Of a DNA stretch of 64,000 bases, positions 9,936-19,401 are shown piece by piece. A program made the translations under genes and the position numbers. Every line of letters begins with the position of its first letter. The first letter of the stretch is position 1. Under the pieces are notes generated by a model. That model did no database searches and was not told the origin of the DNA. It saw only the letters and a program-made list of their open reading frames with translations. The DNA is from an uncultured Candidatus Rokubacteria bacterium (lineage in GTDB: Bacteria; Methylomirabilota; Methylomirabilia; Rokubacteriales; CSP1-6), in the NCBI GenBank assembly GCA_963789955.1, contig CAWBMV010000001.1, forward strand, positions 768,001 to 832,000, read 5' to 3'.

Positions 9936-10628
9936 ATGTACCAATACCTTTACGCGATCGCCGACCGGCTCCCGGCGGCGTGGCGTCCGCCGACCGCGAG
10001 CGTCGGAGGCCCCGTCGAGCTCCGGCGCCTGGGTGACCTCGTGGTCCTCGTCAGCCGGCTCGATCGACTCCCCGAGGCCAACGCGCGGACGCTCGCGCTT
10101 CACCATGACGTCGTGGCGACGACCCTCGATGCCTCCGGGACCGTGCCGTTCAGGTTCGGGATGGTCGTCGACGCGCAGGACCTCGACGCCTGGCTCGCCG
10201 CCCACGCGCCGCTCGTCAACACGACCCTCGCCCAGCTTCGGGGCTCCGTCGAGATGAACGTGAAGCTCTTGCGTCTTCACTGCGGCCACTCGATCGATCG
10301 CACATGTCGCGAGTGCGCCGACGGCGCGCCCGGCGTCGTCCAGCTCCGCGAGCTCGGCGAGCGGCTCGTGACGCAGGCCGGGATCGAGCGCTGGCGCTAT
10401 CGGTCGCCCGGGGGCGGGAGCAACGTCGCGGGATCGGTCGCGTTCCTGGTCGCGCGCTCCGAGGTCGACGGATTTCTCGCGCGCATCGCGCCGATCGCAT
10501 CGCGCGCGACCGGGATCGCCGTCGTGCCGACCGGCCCGTGGCCACCGTACTCGTTCGTGCCAAACTTCGACCGTTTTCCGCTGGCGCGGCATCGAGAACC
10601 CGATCGTCCGGTCGGCCGCCCGGCCTGA
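9936..10628 (+). CDS. GvpL/GvpF family protein (orphan)
   Basis: YLYAI, HHDVV...TVPFRFG, VEMNVK, AFLV and TGPWPPYSFV signatures. Confidence 0.85.
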   Translation: MYQYLYAIADRLPAAWRPPTASVGGPVELRRLGDLVVLVSRLDRLPEANARTLALHHDVVATTLDASGTVPFRFGMVVDAQDLDAWLAAHAPLVNTTLAQLRGSVEMNVKLLRLHCGHSIDRTCRECADGAPGVVQLRELGERLVTQAGIERWRYRSPGGGSNVAGSVAFLVARSEVDGFLARIAPIASRATGIAVVPTGPWPPYSFVPNFDRFPLARHREPDRPVGRPA

Positions 10629-10713
10629 TTCGTCCATTTCCGGACGCGCCCAGGTCCCCGCTTGCTCCGGCTGAGGGTTTGGAATAGGCTTACCGCCACC
10701 TCGAGGAGGCTCA

Positions 10714-10911
10714 ATGCAGCGACTCCAGCGCTCCGCGGTCGAGCAGCTGATGGACGGACGCCCGGACACGACGCTGGAGGTCGCGCTCGAAGTCTTCGAG
10801 GTCTTTGCCAGCGGCTCGCTGACGGACGAGGTGTACATCCTGGACGACGTCGCCGGCAAGCGCATCGCGATCGCTCCGACCACGCTCAAGGACAAGTATC
10901 GGCGGGGGTGA
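10714..10911 (+). CDS. 65-aa hypothetical protein
   Basis: SD GAGGAGG, strong GC3 bias, 3 nt from the next gene. Confidence 0.75.
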   Translation: MQRLQRSAVEQLMDGRPDTTLEVALEVFEVFASGSLTDEVYILDDVAGKRIAIAPTTLKDKYRRG

Positions 10912-10914
10912 TCT

Positions 10915-11742
10915 ATGGCCATCATCGTTGTGTCGCATCAGATGGGAGCGGGCGGCCCGGAGATCGGTATGTCGCTGGCACAGCGACTCGGGTACCGCTA
11001 CGTGAACCAGGAGCTCCTGCTCGACGCGGCCCGTCGCTACGGGCTCGCGGAGGACAAGCTCTCCCACCTCGATGAGTCGAAGCCGACGTTGTTCGAGCGT
11101 TTCGACACCGAGACCCGCCACCACATCACCGTGCTGCAGACGACCTGTCTCGAGTTCGCCGAGGACGACAACTGCGTCCTGATGCGCGGCGGCGGCCAGT
11201 GGCTGCTGCGCGGCGTGCCGCACGTGCTGCGCGCTCGCGTCATCGCGCCGTTCGAGCATCGCGTGAAGCAGTGGGTCAAGCGCACCGCCGAGATGACGGG
11301 TGAGACGCCCAACTATCGCGCGGCCGCCGAGCTCGTGCGCCGCGACGACCTCGAGAAATCCGGGAGAATGCGGTACCTCTACGAGGTCGACATCGCGGAT
11401 CCCACGCTCTACGAGCTGACCGTGAACACCGAGAAGATGAAATACGACGCGGTGGTCGCGGTCCTCGAGGCGCTCACGCGCCGGCCCGACATGGCCACGA
11501 CCGAGGCCGGCAAGCAGATGGTCGCCTCGCGCGCGCTCGCGTCGCGCGTGCAGGTGGCGCTCGCGACTCATCCGGAGACGCGGCGCTATCGGATCACCGT
11601 CGAGGCTCATAGCGGCGTGGTCACGCTCGAGGGAACGGCGGCGCTCGAGCGCGCCGTCGAAGTTGCTCGCTCTGTGCCTGGGGTTCGCGAAGTCAAGACC
11701 CAGCAGGTCGAGATTCCTCCGATTCCTCCCTTCGTCGCTTAG
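10915..11742 (+). CDS. Cytidylate kinase-like family protein with C-terminal BON domain
   Basis: IIVVSHQMGAGGPEIG, DPTLYELTVNT; BON-like ITVEAHSGVVTLEG...VPGVREV. Confidence 0.85.
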   Translation: MAIIVVSHQMGAGGPEIGMSLAQRLGYRYVNQELLLDAARRYGLAEDKLSHLDESKPTLFERFDTETRHHITVLQTTCLEFAEDDNCVLMRGGGQWLLRGVPHVLRARVIAPFEHRVKQWVKRTAEMTGETPNYRAAAELVRRDDLEKSGRMRYLYEVDIADPTLYELTVNTEKMKYDAVVAVLEALTRRPDMATTEAGKQMVASRALASRVQVALATHPETRRYRITVEAHSGVVTLEGTAALERAVEVARSVPGVREVKTQQVEIPPIPPFVA

Positions 11743-11750
11743 CTGGGAGG

Positions 11751-11899
11751 CTGGGGGCGGGCGGAGTCGGGCTCGGGGGGTCCCCCGCGACCCGACTGCT
11801 TTCCTGCGCGACGCGGCGACATCTCGCGCGCTTCGTGCTGGCTATGCTGCCTACACGGGTCGCGGGGAACCCCCCGAGCCCGAGTCCGCCCGCCCCCAG
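11751..11899 (-). repeat. Long inverted-repeat element E1 (REPIN/MITE-like)
   Basis: 44-bp arms at 11751-11794 and 11856-11899 with 2 mismatches. On the minus strand the loop starts GACCCGTGTAGGCAGC, like E4. Confidence 0.85.
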
Positions 11900-12132
11900 G
11901 TTCCGCTCTGACGATGCGGAAGGATTGGTGGGACACGACTGCTGTGCTTGGGCTTGGCTCACTGCGATTTCCGGGCACCGGTACGATCGCGAGCTTGCGA
12001 TCCGTCGCGCGCTAGGGCTGCCGGGCTTAGCGATCGAGCGGATCGGATCGCGGAGTTGTGGCGTAGTTGGTTTCGACGGCGTGAGTTGTCGAGACCGACT
12101 GACGTCGGCTGGGCGTGGTGGGCCGCGGGGGG

Positions 12133-13327
12133 TTAGCGGTCGCGGGGTGGGGTGGGGCGGTCGGGGGTTGTGCGGTCGGGGGCTTCGGCGACGCGGAGCT
12201 CGATCGTCTTCTTTGCGCGGTTCCTGACGATCTCGATCTTGACGGTCTTGCCCACCTCGGCGTCGGCCGAGAGGCGCTGGAGCTGGCGGTAGTCGTCGAC
12301 GGGTACGCCTTCGAACGTCACCACGACGTCGTTCTTCTCGAGACCCGCCGCTGCCGCGGGCCCGCCGGGGTACACGCGCGCCACGACCGCGCCGCGCGCC
12401 TCCGAGAGCCCGAACGATTGCGCCAGCTCGCTGGTCAGCGGCTCCATCGCGATGCCGATCCATCCGCGGGTGACCTTACCGCGGTCCATCAGCTGACCCG
12501 TCACACGCTTGACCATGTTGGCGGGAATCGCGAAGCCAATGCCCTGGCCGGTCGCCACGATGGCCGTGTTGATCCCGATGACTTCGCCGCGCAGGTTCAC
12601 GAGCGGCCCACCCGAGTTGCCCGGATTGATCGACGCGTCGGTCTGGATGAAATTCTCGTACGTGGCGATCCCGACGTCGGCGCGGCCGGTCGCGCTCACC
12701 ACGCCGACCGTGACGGTGTTGTCGAGCCCGAACGGATTGCCGATCGCGATCGCCCATTCGCCGACGCGCAGCGAGTCTGAGTTGCCGAGCGTCGCCACCG
12801 GCACGGGCGCCGTCCGGATCGAACTGGATCACCGCGAGGTCCGTCGTCACGTCGGCGCCGATGATCCGGCCCTGATATTCCCGCTTCGAGGCCAGGCGCA
12901 GCAGCACGCCGTCGGCGCCCCGCACGACATGGTTGTTCGTGAGGACGAAGCCGCGCTTGTCGATGATGACGCCCGAGCCGAGCCCCGGCAGCTGGAACTC
13001 TTCGCGCTGGCGAGGGCCCCGCGGACCCAGGAACTGGTCGAAAAAGTCCTTGTACGCCGGGTCGTCGGCGTACGGGCCCGGCGCGATCGGTGGACGACGA
13101 CGCCTGGCGACCTGGACCGGGCTGATGTGAACGACGGCGGGTCGAACGTGCTCGGCGACGCTCACGAATGCCGACTGGAGCGCCTCGGCCGCGTTCTGGG
13201 GCTGTGCCGGCGCCGCCACGATGGTGGACGATCGCGAGAAGAACAGCGCGTGAGTCCAGAAGCCCGCGCCGAGAAAGGCAAAAATCGCACAGGCTGCCAG
13301 GGCGATGCGGACACTGCTCGGCACCAT
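12133..13327 (-). CDS. HtrA/DegQ serine protease with one PDZ domain; frameshift near 12810
   Basis: [33 protein letters not shown] and a PDZ domain. Confidence 0.92.
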
Positions 13328-13378
13328 CAGGAACGCCTCGGGCCTCGGATCTCCGCTCTCGCCGAAATAGCGAAGCGG

Positions 13379-13466
13379 ATCGTACCGAGCGGACACCCCG
13401 GTGTCAAGGAAACTATTGCAATACTATGCATTTTCCTTGACCTCCCCAATTCCGAAAAGAGACAAT
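13379..13466. promoter_or_regulatory. Back-to-back sigma70-type promoters
   Basis: Minus strand: TTGACA (13407-13402)-N17-TACGAT (13384-13379) toward htrA. Plus strand: TTGACC (13437)-N18-GACAAT toward the polysaccharide locus. The spacer is AT-rich. Confidence 0.7.
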
Positions 13467-13503
13467 GCCAATAATTTCTATATTTGGTGTCGTGGACGAC
13501 CGT

Positions 13504-15078
13504 ATGAAGGCCGGTAGTCTACGCAGGTGCCTCAGCCTGCTTCTCGTGGTGTCCCTGCTGGCGCCAGGTCCGGGGTTCGCTCAAATTCCGAGCACTCCCC
13601 AGTCGCCGCAACCTGGACCGCCCGCGCGGCCGACCCCGAGTCCAACCGAGCCAACCCCGAGCCCAACCCCGGCCCCGGCCGCACCGTCGGCGTCGCGCGG
13701 GCTGACACCCGGGCCCGATTATCGACTGGCGCCCGGAGATCTGCTGGACGTCCAGATCGCGGGCCGCCTCGAGGTGATCCGCCAGCAGACCGTCGTCGAT
13801 CTCGAGGGTGTGATCAACGTGCCGCCGCTCGGGGCGCTTCCGGTCGCCGGCCTGACCTTGCTGGAGGCGCATCGCAAAGTGTCCGAGCGCGCGCGCGACG
13901 TGTTCAAGTTCGCGGACGCGACCATCACGGTCGTGGCGCCGCGCACGTTCGAGGTGACCGTGTCGGGCGAGGTGGAGCGTCCGGGCACCGTGCAGACCAC
14001 GGCGATGCGCCGCGTGTACGACGTCATCCTCGAGGCCGGCGGCATCACGTCTCGCGGGAGCATGCGCAACATCGTCCTGACGCGCCGGAGCGGCGAGCGC
14101 CGGGCCGACCTGCTCGCGTTCCAGATGCGCGGTGATCTCGCGCAGAACCCGTTCGTCGAGGAGGGGCTTCGCATCCACGTGCCGCCGCGCTCGGGCTCGG
14201 TCACGCTGTCCGGCGCGGTGCGCCGCCCCGGTGAGTACGAGATCGGATCGACGCCGTCGCTGCGCGATCTGCTGGAGCTGGTGGGCGGCTTGAGCCAGAC
14301 CGCGGCCCTCGCGGATGCGCGGATGACGCGCGTCGGCGCCGGCGATCGCCGGGAAGCGATGCCGCTCGATCTGCGCGTGGCGCTCACGCCTCCGGCCGAC
14401 GTCACGTTGCGCCCGGGCGACGCGATCTTCGTGCCCGGGACGTCGTCGCTCCAGGACATCATCGAGGTCCGCGGCGCGTTCAACGGCACGGCCGAGAGCA
14501 CCAAGGCCACGGTCAGCGGCAAGTCGACCATCCTGCAGCGGTTCGAGCTCGCGCAGGGCGAGCGCGTGCGTGACGTGCTCGAGCGAGCGGGCGGCGCGTC
14601 GGTCTACGCCGATCTGAGGCTGGCGCTCGTCGAGCGGAGTAGCGCGACGGGCCCGCGACAGCGTATCCCGATCGACCTCTACCGCATGCTGGTCGAGAAG
14701 GACGACACGCCGAACATCGTGCTCCAGAACGGCGACGTGTTCACGTTGCCGATCGTCGAGGACAAGATCTTCATTCTCGGCGAGGTCAAGACGCCGGGCC
14801 CCCAGGACTTCCGGCCGGACCTGACGCCGCGAGAGTACGTCGCGCTCGCCGGGGGCCCTTCGAACCGCGCGCGGCTGGTCAACACGCTGGTCACGTTCCG
14901 CAACGGCAAAACCTACGTGATGGCCGATGCGCCGCCGCTCGAGCCCGGCGCGGTGGTGACGGTGCCCGAGGTCGCGGTCAAGTGGTGGCAGGACTACGTC
15001 ACGATCCTGACGGCGGTCGCCACCCTGGTCACCGCGTACACCGGCCTCTACTTCATCTTCAACGGGCAGGCCAACTGA
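13504..15078 (+). CDS. Wza-like polysaccharide export protein with SLBB repeats
   Basis: Signal peptide, DYRLAPGD, repeated GEV/GAVxxPG SLBB units, C-terminal hydrophobic helix. Confidence 0.85.
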   Translation: MKAGSLRRCLSLLLVVSLLAPGPGFAQIPSTPQSPQPGPPARPTPSPTEPTPSPTPAPAAPSASRGLTPGPDYRLAPGDLLDVQIAGRLEVIRQQTVVDLEGVINVPPLGALPVAGLTLLEAHRKVSERARDVFKFADATITVVAPRTFEVTVSGEVERPGTVQTTAMRRVYDVILEAGGITSRGSMRNIVLTRRSGERRADLLAFQMRGDLAQNPFVEEGLRIHVPPRSGSVTLSGAVRRPGEYEIGSTPSLRDLLELVGGLSQTAALADARMTRVGAGDRREAMPLDLRVALTPPADVTLRPGDAIFVPGTSSLQDIIEVRGAFNGTAESTKATVSGKSTILQRFELAQGERVRDVLERAGGASVYADLRLALVERSSATGPRQRIPIDLYRMLVEKDDTPNIVLQNGDVFTLPIVEDKIFILGEVKTPGPQDFRPDLTPREYVALAGGPSNRARLVNTLVTFRNGKTYVMADAPPLEPGAVVTVPEVAVKWWQDYVTILTAVATLVTAYTGLYFIFNGQAN

Positions 15079-15081
15079 TCC

Positions 15082-15888
15082 ATGTACGAATCGTATTGGG
15101 AGCTGAGCGAGCCGCCCTTCGACAACTCGCCGAACCCGAAGTTTTTCTATCTGTCGCCCGAGCACGAGGAGGCGCTGGTGCGCCTCGTCTACACGGTGCG
15201 GCACCGGAAAGGCTGCGGGATGCTGACCGGAGAGTACGGCTGCGGCAAGACGACCTTGTCGCGCGCGCTCATCCAGCGCCTCGAGGCCGAGCGTTACGAG
15301 ATCGGGCTCTTGACGAACCCGAGCTGGACGCCCGTCGATCTGCTGCGCGAGGTGCTCTATCAGCTCGGTGTCGAGACGCAGGAGACGCGCAAGCCGGAGC
15401 TCCTGCACATGCTCAACGACCTGTTCTTCCGGAACTACCAGGCCGGGCGTGACAGCGTCGTCATCGTCGACGAAGCGCAGCTCATCGAGGACGACGCGGT
15501 GTTCGAGGAGCTTCGGCTCCTGCTGAACTTCCAGACCGACGACCGATTCCTGGTGACGCTCCTGCTCATCGGCTCGCCCGAGCTCGGTGTGAAGGTCCGG
15601 CGTCTCAAGCACCTCGATCAGCGCATCAGCCTCCGCTACCACCTCAACACGCTCGACGACAAGCACACGGCGAGCTACATCGCGCATCGGCTGCGGATGG
15701 CCGGTCAGCCGAATCAGCTCTTCACCGAGGAAGCGATCAAGCTCATCTTCGACTTCACGCGGGGCACGCCGCGCGAGATCAACAACCTCTGCGACGTCGC
15801 CCTCCTGGTCGGGTACTCCAAGCGCGTGAAGGAGATCGGGGAAAAGATCGTCGCCGAGGTGATCAAAGACATGGTGGGGGTCTCCTGA
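15082..15888 (+). CDS. ExeA/GspA-family AAA ATPase
   Basis: PFDNSPNPKFFY, GEYGCGKTT, VIVDEAQ, GTPREINNLCD. Confidence 0.9.
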   Translation: MYESYWELSEPPFDNSPNPKFFYLSPEHEEALVRLVYTVRHRKGCGMLTGEYGCGKTTLSRALIQRLEAERYEIGLLTNPSWTPVDLLREVLYQLGVETQETRKPELLHMLNDLFFRNYQAGRDSVVIVDEAQLIEDDAVFEELRLLLNFQTDDRFLVTLLLIGSPELGVKVRRLKHLDQRISLRYHLNTLDDKHTASYIAHRLRMAGQPNQLFTEEAIKLIFDFTRGTPREINNLCDVALLVGYSKRVKEIGEKIVAEVIKDMVGVS

Positions 15889-17009
15889 TGGTGCGCATGA
15901 GCGACGTCGTGCGCGGTATCGTCCGCGAGAAGTCCGCGGACGCCGTCCAGGACGCGCCGGCGCCGGCCGCGCCGCCGCCGCCACGCCACCTCCGCCGCGT
16001 CCACGCCCGGTCGTGGAGGCGCCGCGGCCCGCGCCGCCGCCGCCCGCCGCCGAGGAGCCACGCGCCGTCGAGCCGGGTCCGAGCCTCGACGCGCTGCCGA
16101 TCGAGCACGAGACGCCTTCGGAGAGCGTGGAGCCGCTCTTTTCCGAGCTCCAGCTCTTCCTCGCCCGCGTCCGCGAGCTGATCCGCACGGGGGACGCGTT
16201 TCCGTGGTCGGAGTACGAGCAGCTCATCGATCGCGGCGCGGTCTCGCTGGAGCGGTCGAGCGAGCTCTTCTGGGTGGCCAACAACACGGCGGCGCTGACC
16301 GGCGTCGACTACCTGGCGTTCCACCAGGCGCGCGTCGCCGTGCTCTCGATGTCGATCGGCGCGAGCGTCGGCTACGACCGCCCGCGTCGGGTCCAGCTCG
16401 GCATGGCCGGCGGCCTGATCGACGTCGGACTCTGGCAGGTTCCCGAGGCGTCTGCTCCGACGGCTCGACGCGCTGTCGGCCGACGAGCAAACGATCTACC
16501 GCTCGCATCCGCGGCTCTCGGTCGAGCTGATTCGCCGCTGGTCGCCCCCGCGCGAAGGCCTCGTCGAGGCCGTGCTCCAGCACCACGAGCGCGAGCAGGG
16601 ACAGGGCTTCCCGCAGGGCCTGCACGGCACCGCCGTGAGTCAGGACGCGAAGATCCTCGGTCTGATCGACACCTACACCGGGCTGACGATGCCGCCGGCG
16701 CCGCGGCCGCGGCTCAGACCGCACGAGGCGATCCGCGAGATCGTACGCTCCAAGCACGAGGCGTTCCCGTCGGCGCTCGTGAAGGCGCTGCTCTCGGAGA
16801 TCTCGGTGTTCCCGCCCGGCACGCTCGTGCGCCTGAACACCGGCGAAGTCGGCCGCGTGATCGCCGTGAATCGCAACCATCCGCTGCGCCCGCGCGTCGA
16901 GATCGTCGCCGACGGCAAGGGCCAGCGGCTCACGTCACCCAAGACCACTGACCTCGCGGAGGCGCCGTTCCTCTACATCACGGGCGCGGTCGCCGAGGGC
17001 GGACATTGA
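15888..17009 (+). CDS. HD-GYP-like protein with degenerate HD motif; two frameshifts (near 15990 and 16450)
   Basis: FHQARVA, LIDVG, HP, QHHEREQGQGFPQGL, FPPGTLVRLNTGE. Confidence 0.8.
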
Positions 17010-17019
17010 GGATTCGCTA

Positions 17020-19401
17020 GTGGCGCAGTACGAGATGAACCTGCGCGACTACTGGCTGATCGTGCGCCGCCGGCGCATGATCATCATCGCCTCGACGGTG
17101 CTGGTCGCGCTGCTGAGCTTCGGCTTCGCGCGCCAGAAAGTTCCGATCTACCAGGCCACCGCCGCGGTCAAGTTCGAGCAGTCCACCCAGCTGTCGGGGC
17201 TCCTGGTCGAGGTCCTGTCGTACTCGAGCGCCGATTCGATCGAGACGCAGGTCACGATCATCAAGAGCTACCCGATCCTCGAGGACGTCGCCAAGCGCCT
17301 CGGCTACCTGAAGGAGATACCGACCGGCGCGGCCGCGCGCGAGGCGAAGGGCTACTGGGGGACGCTGGACTCGATCAACGCCAAGCTCAGGGTGAACCGC
17401 GTGCCCAACACGAGCATCCTCGAGATCACCGCGACCTCGACGAAGCCGCGGGAAGCCCAGGACCTCGCCAACGCCACCGCCGAGTCGTACCGCGACTACA
17501 ACAAGTCCCTGCGGAACTCGCGCGTCACCGAGGCGCGCCGGTTCATCGAGAATCAGCTGAAAGACGTCGAGGCGCGCTCGCGCCGCACCGAAGCGGAGAT
17601 CTGGGCGTTCCGCGAGGCGAACCGGATCGTCGCCCCCGGCGCCGAGTCGTCGGTGCTGATGTCGGTCTTCACCCAGGTCCGCGGGGACATCGAGAAGACC
17701 CGGCAGCAGCGGATCGAGCTCGAGTCGCTCCAGCAGCGCCTGGCCGGGCTCGACGCGGCGGCCCCCACCGACCGGATCTTCATCGAGACGTCCAATCCGG
17801 CGATGCAGAAGCTGCAGGTGACCCTCTCGGAGCTGCAGCTCGAGCGGAACAACCTCTCGCTCGAAGTCACGGACCGGCACCCGCGCCTGCAGGCCATCGA
17901 CGACCGGATCCGCGAGATCCGGGCCGAGATGCGCCGCGAGGTGGCGGCGCAGATCGCGATGCTGCGCAACCGCGAGGAGTTCCTGAATCGCCAGATCGGT
18001 GAGCTGCAGCAGAAGAATCGCGAGCTGCCGACCCTCGAGCTCTCGTTGCAGCGCCTGCAGCGCGAAGCCAAGACCAACGACGACCTCCTGGCCCTCCTGA
18101 AGACGAAGCACCAGGAAGCGCTCATCAAGGAGGCCGAGCAGATCGAGGAGGTCTCGATCGTCCGCCCGGCGACGGAGCCGGACTCGCCGATCGGCGGCGA
18201 GACGGCGAACACGATGCTCGTCGGCGCCGTGCTCGGGCTGGCGCTCGGGCTCGTCCTCGCGTTCGTGCGCGAAACGCTCGACACCTCGATCGGCACGATC
18301 GAGGACGTCGAGGCCTACCTCGGCGTGCCGGTGCTCGGCGTGGTGCCGCACATCGACTCGCGCGAGACCGTGCAGCGAATCCTCGAGCGCCGGCCGGCGC
18401 TGGCCACGATCGATCCCGAGGCGCTCCTGAGCCATTCGCTCCTGATCACGCACTTCGACCCGAAGTCGCCGGTCGCCGAGGCGTACCGCACCCTCCGCAC
18501 GAACATCCAGTTCGCGCGCATGGAACGCTCGGGCAAGGTCCTCGTCGTCTCGAGCCCGACCTTGCAAGAGGGCAAGACCACGACGATCGTGAACCTCGCG
18601 CTCACGATGGCCCAGAGCGGCCAGAAGACCCTGCTGATCGGCGCGAACATGCGGCGGCCGAGCATCCACCGGTTCTTCGGGATCGAGCGCGAGCCCGGGC
18701 TCTCGAACATCCTGGTCGGCAGCGCGCAGTGGCGCGATTGCATCCGGACGGTCGCGGACATCCTCATGGGGCGGTTCGAGATGGAGGACATCATGGCCGC
18801 CCCCGGCCTCGACAACCTCCACATCATCGAGGCCGGTCCGGTGCCCGCGAACCCGTCGGAGCTCCTGTCGACTCCGGCGATGACGGGATTCCTGCACTCG
18901 GTGCGCGACGTGTACGACGTGGTCCTCGTCGACACGCCGCCGATCCTGCCGGTCACCGACTCGGCGATCGTCGCCTCGCAGGCCGACGGGGTGGTCCTCG
19001 TCTATCAGGCGGGCAAGGTCGGACGGCTCGTGCTCAAGCGCGCGAAGGTCCACGTCGAGAACGTCGGCGGCAAGGTCTGGGGCGTGGTCCTGAACGACGT
19101 GAAGACCGAGATCGCGGGCTACGCGTACACGCAGTACTACACGCACTACTACGGCGAAGAGACGGTCGTCGATCCGCGCAAGGAGCGCCTGCAGCGCGTG
19201 GGCGACTTCGTGCGCAACCTCCTGCGCCGCGGGCCCCGCGCCGAGGCCGTCGCAGTCGCCGATCACGAACGCGCCGCACTCGAGCCAGGCGGCCGATTCG
19301 CTCGGCTCTTCGTCCGAGGCCGCGCCCGCCGTCGAGCCGACCGATTTCGACATGCCGACCGCTCCGGATGTTCGGCTCGCCGAAATCGAAGCGCCTCCTG
19401 A
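17020..19401 (+). CDS. wzc: Wzc/GumC polysaccharide co-polymerase and BY-kinase (3' end uncertain)
   Basis: Two TM segments around a coiled coil, AEAYRTLRTN, Walker A QEGKTT, VDTPP, Tyr cluster YAYTQYYTHYY. Confidence 0.9.
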   Translation: MAQYEMNLRDYWLIVRRRRMIIIASTVLVALLSFGFARQKVPIYQATAAVKFEQSTQLSGLLVEVLSYSSADSIETQVTIIKSYPILEDVAKRLGYLKEIPTGAAAREAKGYWGTLDSINAKLRVNRVPNTSILEITATSTKPREAQDLANATAESYRDYNKSLRNSRVTEARRFIENQLKDVEARSRRTEAEIWAFREANRIVAPGAESSVLMSVFTQVRGDIEKTRQQRIELESLQQRLAGLDAAAPTDRIFIETSNPAMQKLQVTLSELQLERNNLSLEVTDRHPRLQAIDDRIREIRAEMRREVAAQIAMLRNREEFLNRQIGELQQKNRELPTLELSLQRLQREAKTNDDLLALLKTKHQEALIKEAEQIEEVSIVRPATEPDSPIGGETANTMLVGAVLGLALGLVLAFVRETLDTSIGTIEDVEAYLGVPVLGVVPHIDSRETVQRILERRPALATIDPEALLSHSLLITHFDPKSPVAEAYRTLRTNIQFARMERSGKVLVVSSPTLQEGKTTTIVNLALTMAQSGQKTLLIGANMRRPSIHRFFGIEREPGLSNILVGSAQWRDCIRTVADILMGRFEMEDIMAAPGLDNLHIIEAGPVPANPSELLSTPAMTGFLHSVRDVYDVVLVDTPPILPVTDSAIVASQADGVVLVYQAGKVGRLVLKRAKVHVENVGGKVWGVVLNDVKTEIAGYAYTQYYTHYYGEETVVDPRKERLQRVGDFVRNLLRRGPRAEAVAVADHERAALEPGGRFARLFVRGRARRRADRFRHADRSGCSARRNRSAS

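Noticed and set aside
9936..10628. Gas vesicle gene cluster
   Set aside because: Only one GvpF/L-type gene; no structural gvpA/J or gvpN in the window.
11900..12132. Small ORFs or a known ncRNA between E1 and htrA
   Set aside because: No codon bias, RBS or recognisable RNA family. Kept only as the leader of E1.
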